Source of the DNA: Spirogloea muscicola
Lineage: Eukaryota
Reading direction: 5' to 3'
NCBI GenBank assembly: GCA_009602725.1
Contig: WELB01000001.1
Location: 1,625,824-1,689,823 of the forward strand
Length of the DNA: 64,000 bases
The notes below the pieces were generated by a model. That model worked only from the letters and a program-made list of their open reading frames with translations, was not told the origin of the DNA and made no database searches. This document shows, one piece after another, positions 43,062 to 54,837 of the stretch. A program made the position numbers and the translations under genes. The stretch's first letter is position 1; each line of letters opens with the position of its first letter.

Positions 43062-46000
43062 TCAAGATGTACCTAAAGCATACAAGAGGTCTCTGATGAC
43101 CTCCTTGCCTCTCACAAAGTTCATCCACCGAAGCCTCTCGTTCTGCACAAGCAGAGAGAGGTGCACTGAAGCAGGTGAGAAGACAGTAACGGCCCTTGCA
43201 GCAGTTCTTAAAACTAACACTAACAATCAACAGTAGCTACATAGTCGTCCTAATGGTGTTGCGTGGCATAAAGTACATGAGGTGCCGCATGATCAGTCGC
43301 TTGACTGATTGGTAGCTGCAGAGCTGGTGCACCCAGCACTTTCTCCAAGAATGGCAACACCGGCAAAGTGCCGCCTTCTCTCACATACCTGCAGCAGGAC
43401 ACATGCAAGACCTTGAGACTGCAAGACATGTAAGGTGTGCTTATCAGATAATTTGGTTGGACGATGGTGTGGATCAACACTTCTCTTGTCATTACCACCG
43501 AGTTGGAGCATTGCACAAACTTTCTGTTACTTGCCAGACTAGCTACTTGTGATACATGTCATACATACAAAATGGTACTATATGTCAAGACCAAAGTGCT
43601 AGATAACCAGACCAAGACCAAGTTAACATCTGCTAGAACCTGTGACAGGTGCAAGACCCAAGGTTACATACATAGGCCGCATCCCCCACTGCTTCTCGAT
43701 GGCCTTCTCAGCAGTTTTGTAAAAATGACAATTAGGATCAGCCAACCACCTGTCAGATTGTGCAAGCGCAGATTTTGTGTCAAGCACGCCAGCACATTCT
43801 GCACTTCACATCTCACAAAAAGAGGGTGAGCTTAACCCCTGCTTCTCCTGAAGGAAGCTTCTAAACTGATGCAAAGTCAATTCTCTTGGAGAGGTATGTT
43901 GTGACTAAGACTTGCTCAGTGTATCTGCTTTGCTGGTGAGTCAAGAAAGTTGCAGCCTAGACACCAACAGAGAAGAACTATCTTCAGCTTCGGACTGAAA
44001 AGCCAGATGGGAACTTGCTTTCTAGCTGTAAACAATGAGAATGAGCACTACTCCAAGACCAGATTGAACACATCACTCACCAGTCTCCAACGTGAGCGAC
44101 TCTGACGTTGATCTTGTTGCCAACTGACCGCAACTTTGCAAATTCATGACTAATGTGACCTCGGAACTTGTCCACGAGCCTCTCTGGGTTCTGGTCGGGC
44201 ACATGTCTGATACAGACCTGAAAGCACCACAACAAAAGCCTCCAGGCATGAAGGACAGAAGCAAATAGGGCACGCATCTTTCTTTGAGCTCGCGATAAAT
44301 TTTCACTGCCTGTGCAAATCCTGTGTCACAAGCATGGCCGTCTAAAGCAGCACTACCAAAAATGATGTCGCTATTCTCCCTTATTGGCAAACATGACTGT
44401 GCTTAGGAGGTACCAATCTCCAAAAACCTTGACCGAGAGACGCACCCGGGCTGTGCAGCTCCTTGGAATGACCGACCATCCATGTGCAGCTGAATCAATG
44501 CCAGTTATGCTGAGTGACGGGTTTCGCCACCTATTTAGCAGGACATCTTTCGGAGAGGAGGCTGCTAGAGCTCGTAATCCACTTGCAACCTGCGCTGGCC
44601 AGATGCAGGTGCAAGCCAGTGAGACGAGCTTTCACAAACTGGCCGAGGGAGTGGACTATTCTCACTCCAGCATGAAGCATCTGCTTCAGAATGAGGAAGA
44701 GTGTAGGAGTACAACTGCATAGTGTAATTGACCTTGTAGTCTTCGACTTGAAAGGACAGCTCCTCATAGAGCGCTGCTTCCTCATCATCTAGAGGCTTTA
44801 CGTCATCATAGAAGCCTGGAACAAATAAAGCACACACTCCACCACTCCGTCATACCAGAAAGAAATTCAAGTGGACCTCGAAAGCATACTGAAAGCAGTA
44901 TCAAGCAGCATCTGCAGGCACAAAATCACTGCCTTAGCAAAGCTTCAAAAGGACCATATAAGCACACCTGGAATGAGGATCATATTGTTGGAGTCAACAA
45001 GGTGAGAGAGGACAGTCACAAGGTCATTCATGGGCTCGGAGAAAGCTCCTCCATCTGTGCCAGAATGAAGGTCCTTCGCAGGCCCGTTGACCTCTACTTC
45101 GAGGCAGATTAAACCCCTCATGCCATATGTCAAGCAAGGGTACTCATTGCTGCAGGTTGGGCAAAACATACTTTGAGGATACATAAGTGGCAACACATAC
45201 TTTGAGACAAGTGGCAGATGAGCCTTTCTGTGGTGCTCTGTAGTCTGGGTTCCGTAAGCAAGGTCATGCATGACGCATGTTATGCAGCAAGCCACTGCCA
45301 GACTTGCGGGTGCTCAAAGATATTACTATCGCAGATCTGTGCATTTTGAATACTGCTGCAGCACAAAGAGTTACTCACTTGAACCAGGAGCCACTGGCCG
45401 ACAGGATGAAACCCGTGCCCTCAAACCACTCAAGGTTAGCTTGCACAGCCTCTCTAAAGCCCTGCACACAAGTGTAGACCAGCCTGTGATGCTGAGCAGC
45501 TGGTTCCACCCCAACTAACCTCTGAGTGCAGTACAAGGGAACAAGTACAAGTGGGAAACCCAAGAAGACCTTAAGGTGATGGTGCTGTCAAGTTTACGAA
45601 CATTGATTCTAGTAGTGGCTTCCTTCAACAAGTACGAGCATGGACAAGGCTGTCATACATATAACCTGGCTAATCTAGACTGTCACCTGCGAGCCGCTTT
45701 CCTGCATGCCATCAATGATGAAGATAACATTCGCCTTCAACTCTCCACTTGTCACTAGCTCCTGAGAAGAGCAGACAGATGATTCATGTCTCTGAAGGAT
45801 CTACACTGTGAACACGCTTTTGCACATTGATTCAGCAAGTACCATTGGGCGACAGGCAAGAACTCAAAACCACACACAAATGAGCTCTGCACTGTTGCTC
45901 TGCTTATCAATGGAAGCGCGACTAAGAGGACAGGCCCACGACACTGATAAAACTATCATGAAATGCCAGGTCTTACTTTTACAGCAAAGATGGAAGCAAC

Positions 46001-49000
46001 CAAGGGCCCCTTGCTATCAGAGACCCCTCTTCCATGTAAATAGCCATCAATTGCAGTAACATCAAACGGATCTGTGGTCCACTTGTCCTCGGCAACTTCC
46101 GCAACATCGTAGTGTCCACAGATGGCTACGGTCAGCTTGCTTGGATCCTGGCCCCCAGCGCCGCATGCTTGACAAAGGATTACGTATGTTTGGCTGTGAA
46201 TGCTTGAGCTTGCAATTGTAAGTCAGCAGCCAAGCAAGACCACATGCAAACAAAAGCTACAGACCGCAGCACAAAGATCGACTTGACTTCTGCCAATGCG
46301 AACCTCCTAGACTGACCTGTACAATGCGGCCAAAGACAACTGGATTGGTATTTTCTACTGTGACCACAAGTTTAGCTTCTGCGCCAAGGTCTTCTAGTAG
46401 GCCCATGAGGTACTTTGCCCCCTTCCATGCCTAGTCAGACAGTACACACAAGCGCAATATGAGCTTCAGCTCATGCATCTCAACATGTGCAACACAATCA
46501 CTAAAAGTATGTGACGATATCTTGTAGTGTCAACTCCATGCCAAGTAAGAGAATCGTAAGCCAGCACCGCAATTTAGTACAAACGGTTGATACATCTGCT
46601 GCTGTGAACATGCCTGGCTACACAGCGACAGTGATGACCTGGGAAGTCACCAGAGCAGTTGCGGAATACATGACTCTGTGTCATGCACATAATATCATGA
46701 TGATCTATCATACCCGATCTTGAGCAGACTTGGACTTGTCTGTACTGAATGTGCGGATGCGGACAAACTTTCTCAGCTTCTCCTCCATGAGAGCATGCTC
46801 TTCTCGACTCCCACTTGTGCACTGAGCAGCAACAAGTACCCACTATCAGCAAGTCTGATGCAGCCAAATCTGCGAGAATATCAGGTCTATGAGTAGCCTA
46901 ATAATTGCAATGATGGCCCACCAACAATTATGCAATGTCCACCCAAACAAGTTGGGGCAGACCTGGGATATTAAAGGCACACACCTAAGTGTTAACACTA
47001 GGACTTGGATTGATGACAAACTTACACCTCTCTGTAAAGTTCAAGTTTCACCAGCTGACAAACAATACCTGGCTACGAATGGTCTTGGGTGTTGGTGGGC
47101 CAAGACAAGAAGTGATGTCAGTCACGCCAACCTCCCAATATCGCACTAACCCGTCGCTGCCAGAGAGGCAGTGCACAGAAACCCATCAAGCCCAATGATG
47201 TGGCCGCTAGAGTCTTTTGGGTTACTCTTATGCTGCATTAAGTGCTAGTCAACAGCAGAAATCTCATTCTCCAAGTGTATTTTCACAACTAACAGCAGAC
47301 TAGTCAAGTGGCCCATGTAAGTACCTAGAGCCAGTGAGGACACCATCCGCAGTGCAAGCGATGGAAAGAAAATTGGAGCCCTCGTAGAGAAAAATGCGCA
47401 AACATTCATACGTTACCAGGCTCCACATCCTGCCACAATGGAACTCAGGCTTCTGAGACTGATGCGAAGGACCAACAGCTGTCTGGTGACCTCACTGCAA
47501 GTTCCTTAAAAGTATTATGCATTTACATGACTGAAGGCTTCCTAGTTATATCTTCTGCAGTGCAAGAAAACATAATGCCTAATCGATTTTGGTTTAAGCT
47601 TTGGACAGTGTCTTCAATGTCAATTCAGAGGGAATAGTCAGGGAACCACTTGTGCCAGCTTGCAACGCTCAATCACCACAATCATCAGTGCATCTCGCTG
47701 GCCAAATAGAGTAAGCATCACCTTACAGTCTGGTCCACTGAAGCACTGTAAAACTCATCTCGCGATCCTGAACAGTGCATGAGCGATATGGGACTGGACA
47801 CTTAATGTGCAATCTGCCTATGCTATGCAATGCAATTTGTCAACAAGCTTGCAAATAAGCTAAATCAAAGTAGCATCTGAGAGAGATGTAAAGGAGACCA
47901 CTCTTTCAGGATAGAGGGTGTAAAATATAACAAAGGAATTTCCAATGTAGGAGAGAAAGACTTGCTGAAATCGGGAAATATCATACACTCACCAATAGCA
48001 AGGCCAAGGACGTCATCTGAGTGTCCTGTAATAGTAGTGATGCAAGAGAGAGTGGCCAGGTCCCATACTCTGATGGTGTTGTCCCTTGAGCCTGCTCAGA
48101 CCGAGTAAATGCCTTGAGAATCACAGCTTTGCATACCACAATCAAGAATAGAGACATTAGTCAGAAGCGACAATAAGTCACCTTCATCCTGCTTTTGCTA
48201 CAGTGCAAGGATTGAGACATAGTCAACAATATCATTCAAACAATTCTTAACAAATATCCTGACCACTGAGGAGGCGCCCATCGCTTCTCTCGGCTTCCTG
48301 GATGGCTGCCAGGGCCATGACACCCCCTTTGTGACCATGTAATGTAGCAACACAGCAAGCAGTGGCTAAACTCCACACCTGCACATGCAAGTCTTGAATG
48401 GAATGAAGAGTGTCCCTCAGCTTAGTCGCTCGTGACTGGCAATTCTGTACAATGACATGGAGAGCCATTGCTTCAATCGAAGGCATAAGGCAATGCTAGG
48501 GATTTGCCCGCATTTTACGCCATGCTGACCTTGACAAAACCATCGCCAGCCCCACTGCAGAGGAAGGGGTTGCACATCACAAGTGCATACACCCGGCTGC
48601 AGTGACCCATCCTCTCAGTGTCAGTCAGAACCAGCGTCGGCTCTGTGCTTGTACACGACGATTCAGGGAGCCACCGAGGACGTAAAGGAGATGTGCCTGA
48701 TGACCTCTGCCCTTCACTGTAAGAGGTCAAAGGCTCTGCAAGTACAAGCTGAGCGCCGGCCTTGTTGAAGAAGGCCTCCCTTTCATGGGGAGGAATGGTC
48801 ATGGATCCCACCTTCTCTAGTAGAGGGTGGATTTTGGCAGAGTTCCATCTTTCCAAATTACCGAGTACAGGCGTCTCTTCGTGTCCATTAGGCAACGCTG
48901 TGCTCTCAGCATTGACAGGCAGAACGGGGCTCACAAATGTCTTCGACCTCTCAAGCTCCTGATCTGCTTTGACTACCTGTGCATGGCTGTGACTCCCCTG

Positions 49001-51416
49001 TATCCGACCAATACCACTAGCAGTCTGACTTACATTAGTGCTCGACTGAAGCGCGCAGTCCCCATTCTCTCTTGGACTTTTTGCTGCTTCATCTAGCACC
49101 TCAGTGGAGTCTCCCTGCAGTGGTGCAGACGAGCTGGAAGCTCCACTGATTTGGCCAGGTCTGTCAGCCCCTCTGGCGACAACCTCCTTGGTAGTGACGC
49201 CCCTGCGATTGCAGCGTATGATGGACGTGCCGGCTGGGCCAGCCACTGCTCGTCCCTGCGCAAGTGCCAGCGCGAACACGTCCCCGTCCGAGTGCCTGAG
49301 GCTTGAGAGCAGCTTGAAGGATGCCATGTCCCAGATCTTCACGACCCTGGTGCTCGAGCTGTACAGGAGTCCATTGTGGACGTTCAGCGAGAAGATGGTC
49401 TGACTATGGCCATTCAGCTCCTTCACGCAGCGGAACTCCTTGAGGTCGTACAGCCAGATGACGCCTTCCTGTGAGCCCGAGACGACCTTCTTGCCATCGA
49501 CCGCCAGCGCCAGCACGGGCGATCCATGCCCAGTCATGGTGTGACGAGGAGAGGTCACGAGAGGCACATCTGCAGGTGGAAGAATTGCCCCAGGCTCCTT
49601 CTTAAGTGAGATCTTCAATGAGGTGGAAGAGCAGCTTGCGAGGGCCTTGAAACTGCGAGATATGTCCCGCTGCACTGCAGGTGGCGCTCCTATTGGTACC
49701 AATATGAGGTCGACGAATTCTCCCTTGAAGCGAGTCATGACCACCATGGTGTTGCGGGGAACCTGCAAACAACACCACGACAGGATGAGATGAGCAAGAG
49801 CTAGCCAGACCAATGGGCAACCTCCAATACTGTCATGGCTTTGTTGTTGACTGCGTGGTCTCTACCAACTGCAGCTTACGTACCATGCAACTCAGTTGTG
49901 GTGGCCTCTAGAGGGACAAGTGGTATGTCTCAGACCTGTATCCAATCAGCACTCTCATCTGTGAGAGGCTCTGATGCAACGATTCCAAGAAGGCCACGTC
50001 GGTCTGAGTATTTTACGAAGTACTCATTGCTCTTCCTGTTCGCACACTCGAACTTGGAGCCAGAAGCATAATACAAAGAGGCCCCTGGTTCCCCAACAAT
50101 ATTGGTGTAACGGGTTGAGACGACTGTCTTTCCATCAGAAACGACAAAGTTCAATAGGCTTTCCTCCTGACCAAGGCCAGCCTCTGAACATATGCGATTT
50201 ATGAGGTCGATTGTCGCGTTCATCTTTGCCACCAACTCCTCTGCCAATCGCACATAACGCTGTCAGCCTACAAGCCGAAGCTCTGACTTCGCTCTGACTG
50301 CGAGACAGCACAATGTCAACTAGTGAAAGTAAGAAGAGAAGCAGTACTGGCCTTTTCACACTGCTGCAAATCTGACAAGAAGCTGCTGCGGCTTCTAGAT
50401 GTCAGACTCTTGCCTGACAGTGTCTAGAGAGCTCAAACTTCCTCACACCCACTCTGCTGAGAGACACTACTTAAGGAACAATTCACACTTACCAGGTGGG
50501 AGCTCAATCATAACATCATCGATGTTGTTGAGGAAGAGCGCAAAACAGATGCCCGAGTCAGACTCAAAGCTGGGACACTGCTCATAAACATCATCACGGA
50601 GTGTATCTAAGAGCCGACGCCGGACGAGGTTGAAGCCCCCCACACCACCGTTGTGCATCCATAAGTACCTCCCGCAGACAAAGGGCTGCAGCAAACACAC
50701 TTCTACACGTTAGTACCCTGACAATTTGCTGCAGTTCCCTGTCCATCTAGGCACACCGTCACGTGGTTATCTTGGGCTAGAACCTGACTTATTTCCATGC
50801 AGCACCCACTCTGACAGATAAGTCCTATGCCTTGAACCTTCAAAGTAGTTGCAGGTACAAACAGCTGGGCTTCTACTTCTGACACATGAACAATGTGCTG
50901 CCATGGGCGCATTGCTGCGTGCAACTTCCAAGCCTGCTTCTACATGCACGCTGTTATTCGTGCACGAAACTCTTGCATAATAGCAGCCCAAGAGAAGGCC
51001 CTGAATCAGAGCCCCAAAGGGCTGCGACAAATACACCCCTCCTGACTTGCTCAAGTGCAGCAAGTGGCCAAGCGGCGGGGCCTCACCTGGCAATTGGAGT
51101 CGCTTACGGGGATGCCCGGGTAGGCGGCGCGGACGTGCGCGAAGATGAGCGGCGAGACGATCTTGTTGGCCAGGCGCTCGAGGTTGCGGTTGTTCCACGC
51201 GGGCTGGATGGACGAGAACATGCAGGGCGTTGGGTCGCCATGCTGCCGCGCCTCGGGCGAGTACCAGCCGATGCCGAAGCCGTCGCCATTGAGGTACCCG
51301 TGGCCCGTCAGCCGCTCCTTGGCGTCGTACGACTGCCGCGTGAGCGAGCGCGAGGGCTTGGTCACCAGGTCCGCCAACAGGCAGGGCGTGCCGAGATACG
51401 CCATGAAGCGGCACAT
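43062..51416 (-). CDS. Fusion protein: class II glutamine amidotransferase (Dug3-like) + WD40 repeats + M20 peptidase-like domain (Dug2-like)
   Basis: GATase: MCRFMAYLG..NGDGFGIGWY..PAWNNRNL..FAHVRAA..NCQ|PF..MHNG..ASEPLT..WIQ|VPRN. WD repeats: GHGSPVLAL..IWD, SGSRDNTIRVWD. M20: GHYDV, GRGVSDSKGP, DLHSG, REGGT, NERL. Stop at 43062-43064. Confidence 0.88.
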
Positions 51417-52138
51417 GGCGGCGGCGGGCCCGTCGCGGGCCCCGCGGCCGCGGAGGATTCGCCCGGCGCCCCGTCAGAGCTCGGCGCGTAGCTCCACGGC
51501 GATCTCATGTGCGGCTGCGGGGGCCAGCGCAGGCGCCCCCGGTGGCGGCTGCTGGCCAGGATCGCTGGGGCCACAATATGGAAGCCGGAGGGCCGTCCCG
51601 AGTCCGTCAGCTTGGCGCCGCTCAGCCAGCGCCGTCGCCGAGAGCCTCAGCTGCGGAGGGCCGCGGGCGCCGCGCCCGCGCAGCCAGGGCCGCCGCCGTC
51701 TCCGCCGCGGCAGCTGCAATGCCCCGGCGCCATGGANCGTCGTCACGGAGTCTAACGTAACCGGCTAGTCACCGTTGGCCCCCGGTCCCTGTCGGACGCC
51801 GCCGTGGCGCCGAGTCGTGGCAGCGCCAGGTCCGACGTGGCGTCCCACGTGGAGTCTACGTGGAGGTCTAGAACCCCCTCAAAACCCCCCCACGCTACCG
51901 CTCCATGCACCAGCCCGAGCTGCCACACAGCTCCTGGAGAAGCTCGCGGCCCCCTCCCTCCAGCTCGCGCTCTGGGCGCCCACCAGACGCCATCGCCCCG
52001 GGGCAAGCCCCTCTGCTCTGCGCTCCAGCTGCCGCTCGCCCACGTCTCGGCGCACCAGCGCGGCTCCACTCGGCTCGCTGCCTCCGCAGTCTCTGAGCCC
52101 ACGTCGGAGCCGCCGCCGGCGTTGCCACAGTGGTCGCC

Positions 52139-53989
52139 ATGGCCGCTCCGGGCCGGCTGGCCCGCTCGCTCCTGTGGCGGGGCTGCTGCCGGCTGGCCGC
52201 CCCGCTGGCCGAGGCCTCGCCGGCGGCGCCGCAACCGCTTCCGGCCCGCACGTTGCGGCTCACGCCTTCACCACCTTTTTGGCGACCCCAGGTGCAGCTC
52301 ATTCCCCACGATGTTTTTTCAGTGGCGCAAGCTGCGCCACGCGCTTTGCATACCACTGTGCTGTGTGATCGCATGTTCGGTCGTGCGTAGCCATTCAAGC
52401 ACCTGAGATCCTGATCCCATGGGCGTCCGTGGAAGCTGGCCTGGCTCCGGCACCGCTGACTTGTGTCGCACGCATCCGCGTCGGGGTGCCGAAGGCTGGA
52501 ACTCGTGCTGCAGCGGCGCTGCCGCTTCTAGACGAGCCGCTGCGGGGCTGGCGCTCGGCTCTGCACACGGCGGGCTTCTCTACAGAGGGGTCAGCTGGCA
52601 GCGGAGCCCCCAAGGAGGGCGGCGCTGGGGCTAGCCCGCATGAGCAACGTCCAGTGGAAGGTGCGCACACGACGCCGGACATGGAGCAGGAGAGGGTGGA
52701 AGAGGGGGCTGGAGAGGCTGAGGGGGAGGCAGGGCCGCAGGACGGAAGCGCGGCAGCCCCGCCGCCGAGCTTCACGTTCATGGGCCGCGAGATCTCACAG
52801 CAGCTGACTAAGGAGGATCTCATCGTCACGCTAGGCGAAGCGGACGCGCTCCTCAAGGTGCGCCGTTGCCTTGACAGCAGTACTGCTACCTCTGGAGTCG
52901 AGCACTCGTACTGCGCGAGCCAAGCTCGATTGTCTGACTCTCAGAATGCTCATGTGCTTGCTTAAGCAACGCAGCTGCAGTGCGCACCATGCTCACCCAC
53001 GGGCCCTGTGCCTGACTGCGTCATAAGCGCCCCGGCCTGCATGGTGCAGGTGAAAGACGAGCAGCTCCAGAAGCTCAAGGACACCCTTCTGCGACTGTAT
53101 GAGGAGATGGAGGACTTGCGCAACCGCACGAAGCGCGAGATGGAGCTGACTAAGAAGTATGCTATCCAGGTGTGGAGGTCGGCGCCCTAACGGCTAACCA
53201 TCTTCTTGTGCGGTCAGCTAGCAGCCTTGTCTCGACAAGGCATTGGTAATACTGGGTTTAATGTTACCAATGGTGTTACCACCTCACCGTGTGGCTCCAA
53301 CTCAGGACTTTTCGAAGGCTCTGCTGGACGTTGCTGACAACCTGAGCCGGGCTAAGGAGACAGTGCCAGCGGACCAGCTCAAGGATGGGCTGCCACTGGA
53401 GGAGGAGCAAAAGTCTGTGAAGCTACTCAAGTCCCTCTACCTGGGCGTGGACATGACCGAGAAGCAGCTGCTGCAGGTCGTGCCTTGCCGGCTCAGGCTC
53501 GCTGCAGAGGGGTCTTGCCATGTATTGATGGAGTGACGGTGCTTGCAACTTGGGTTGGCTGCTGATCTGAAGCCCTCTGTGGTCATGGCTGTGGCCCCAC
53601 CACTTTCAGGTCTTCTTGAGATTTGGCATCTCCCGCTTTGTGCCGCTTGGCGAGCCCTTTGATCCACACTTGCACAATGCACTATTTGAGATCGACGATC
53701 CGACCAAAGTCCCAGGCATGGTTGCCCATGTAATCAAGGTGCTGCAGACGGGACCCCTTTACAAACTGCTGCGTCGGTGCTGGTTTGTTGAGGTGCAGGC
53801 TTTGTTTCTTTACTTGTTGTCTTCTGCGTTGGTGAGAGCTGCTCAAGCACTCGTATACTCCTTGCATCAAGCCTGGCAAGTTGTCCAGCTCTTACCTTTG
53901 CCGGCATTGCATTGCAGCCTGGATACACGCTGGGGGACCGCGTGCTCCGTGCGGCAGATGTGGGGATCGTCAGGAAGCATGAAAGCTGA
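52139..53989 (+). CDS. grpE: Mitochondrial-type GrpE nucleotide exchange factor
   Basis: Arg/Ala-rich presequence; EMEDLRNRT..KKYAIQ|DFSKALLDVADNLSRA; GVDMTEKQL; FDPHLHNALF; GYTLGDRVLRAADVG. Confidence 0.94.
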
Positions 53990-54837
53990 GGGGCAGGGTG
54001 CTCGATTCCAGTTGGGAAGCCATTTGGGATGCCAGTTGCGCATCTTTAGAAGGACAGTCAGCTGCCAGCTGCCAACTGGCCTCACAAGTTCACTTCACCA
54101 GCTTCTCTGGCTCTTCAGGGGCCATCATTCCTCCTTGTTCACCTGAAGGAAAGGGATTACAGCGTAGTCAGAGTTGGTAAAGAAGGTAAGCCGGCAGGCG
54201 GAGCAGTATAGTAACATTAGGCAGCACGTGGATGCTGTGAGGATGACACCCAGTCTGTCAGGCACCCACAGTTTAAGTTTTGACACCCTGCAGGCTCCTC
54301 ATTCTTTTGAAGTTGTACAGCCGGCTACAACAAGCTCTTGCATGTTCCTCCATCTAGCTCTGCAGAGGTGTCCACGCTCTTCTGTGTCTGCTTGATGGTA
54401 CCAGTGCGCATAGGAGTTACGACACCCCAAAGTGCTATGCATGATGACGCAACTCCTCTTGCCTGCGCTACTGCCCATGCCACTCTGTTGCAAGCTCCAA
54501 GCCGCTGACAGTGGCTGACTTTCGCATCTAGGATTGGTCAGTGGCAGATGCCGCCCTGAAAGTGGTAGGCGCCAGGTCCATCATTCGGATACAGTTGGAA
54601 CTATCTCTTGAGATACATGCCATGTTCATTATCACCAGAAGTCATATTGCGCTCACTGAGTAGTAGAAGGTGCAAATGGACAAGCCTTGCATCGCGCTTA
54701 TTGAGAAGTAGAATCTGCAGATGAACGAGCTTTGTAGTGGTGCAATGGTGGCATCCCGGCAAAGCATGCCGCTATTTTTCAATGTTTGAACAGCGTGTCA
54801 CATCTAAGGGTCGACAGTGTGCTGAGCTACATCTAAG

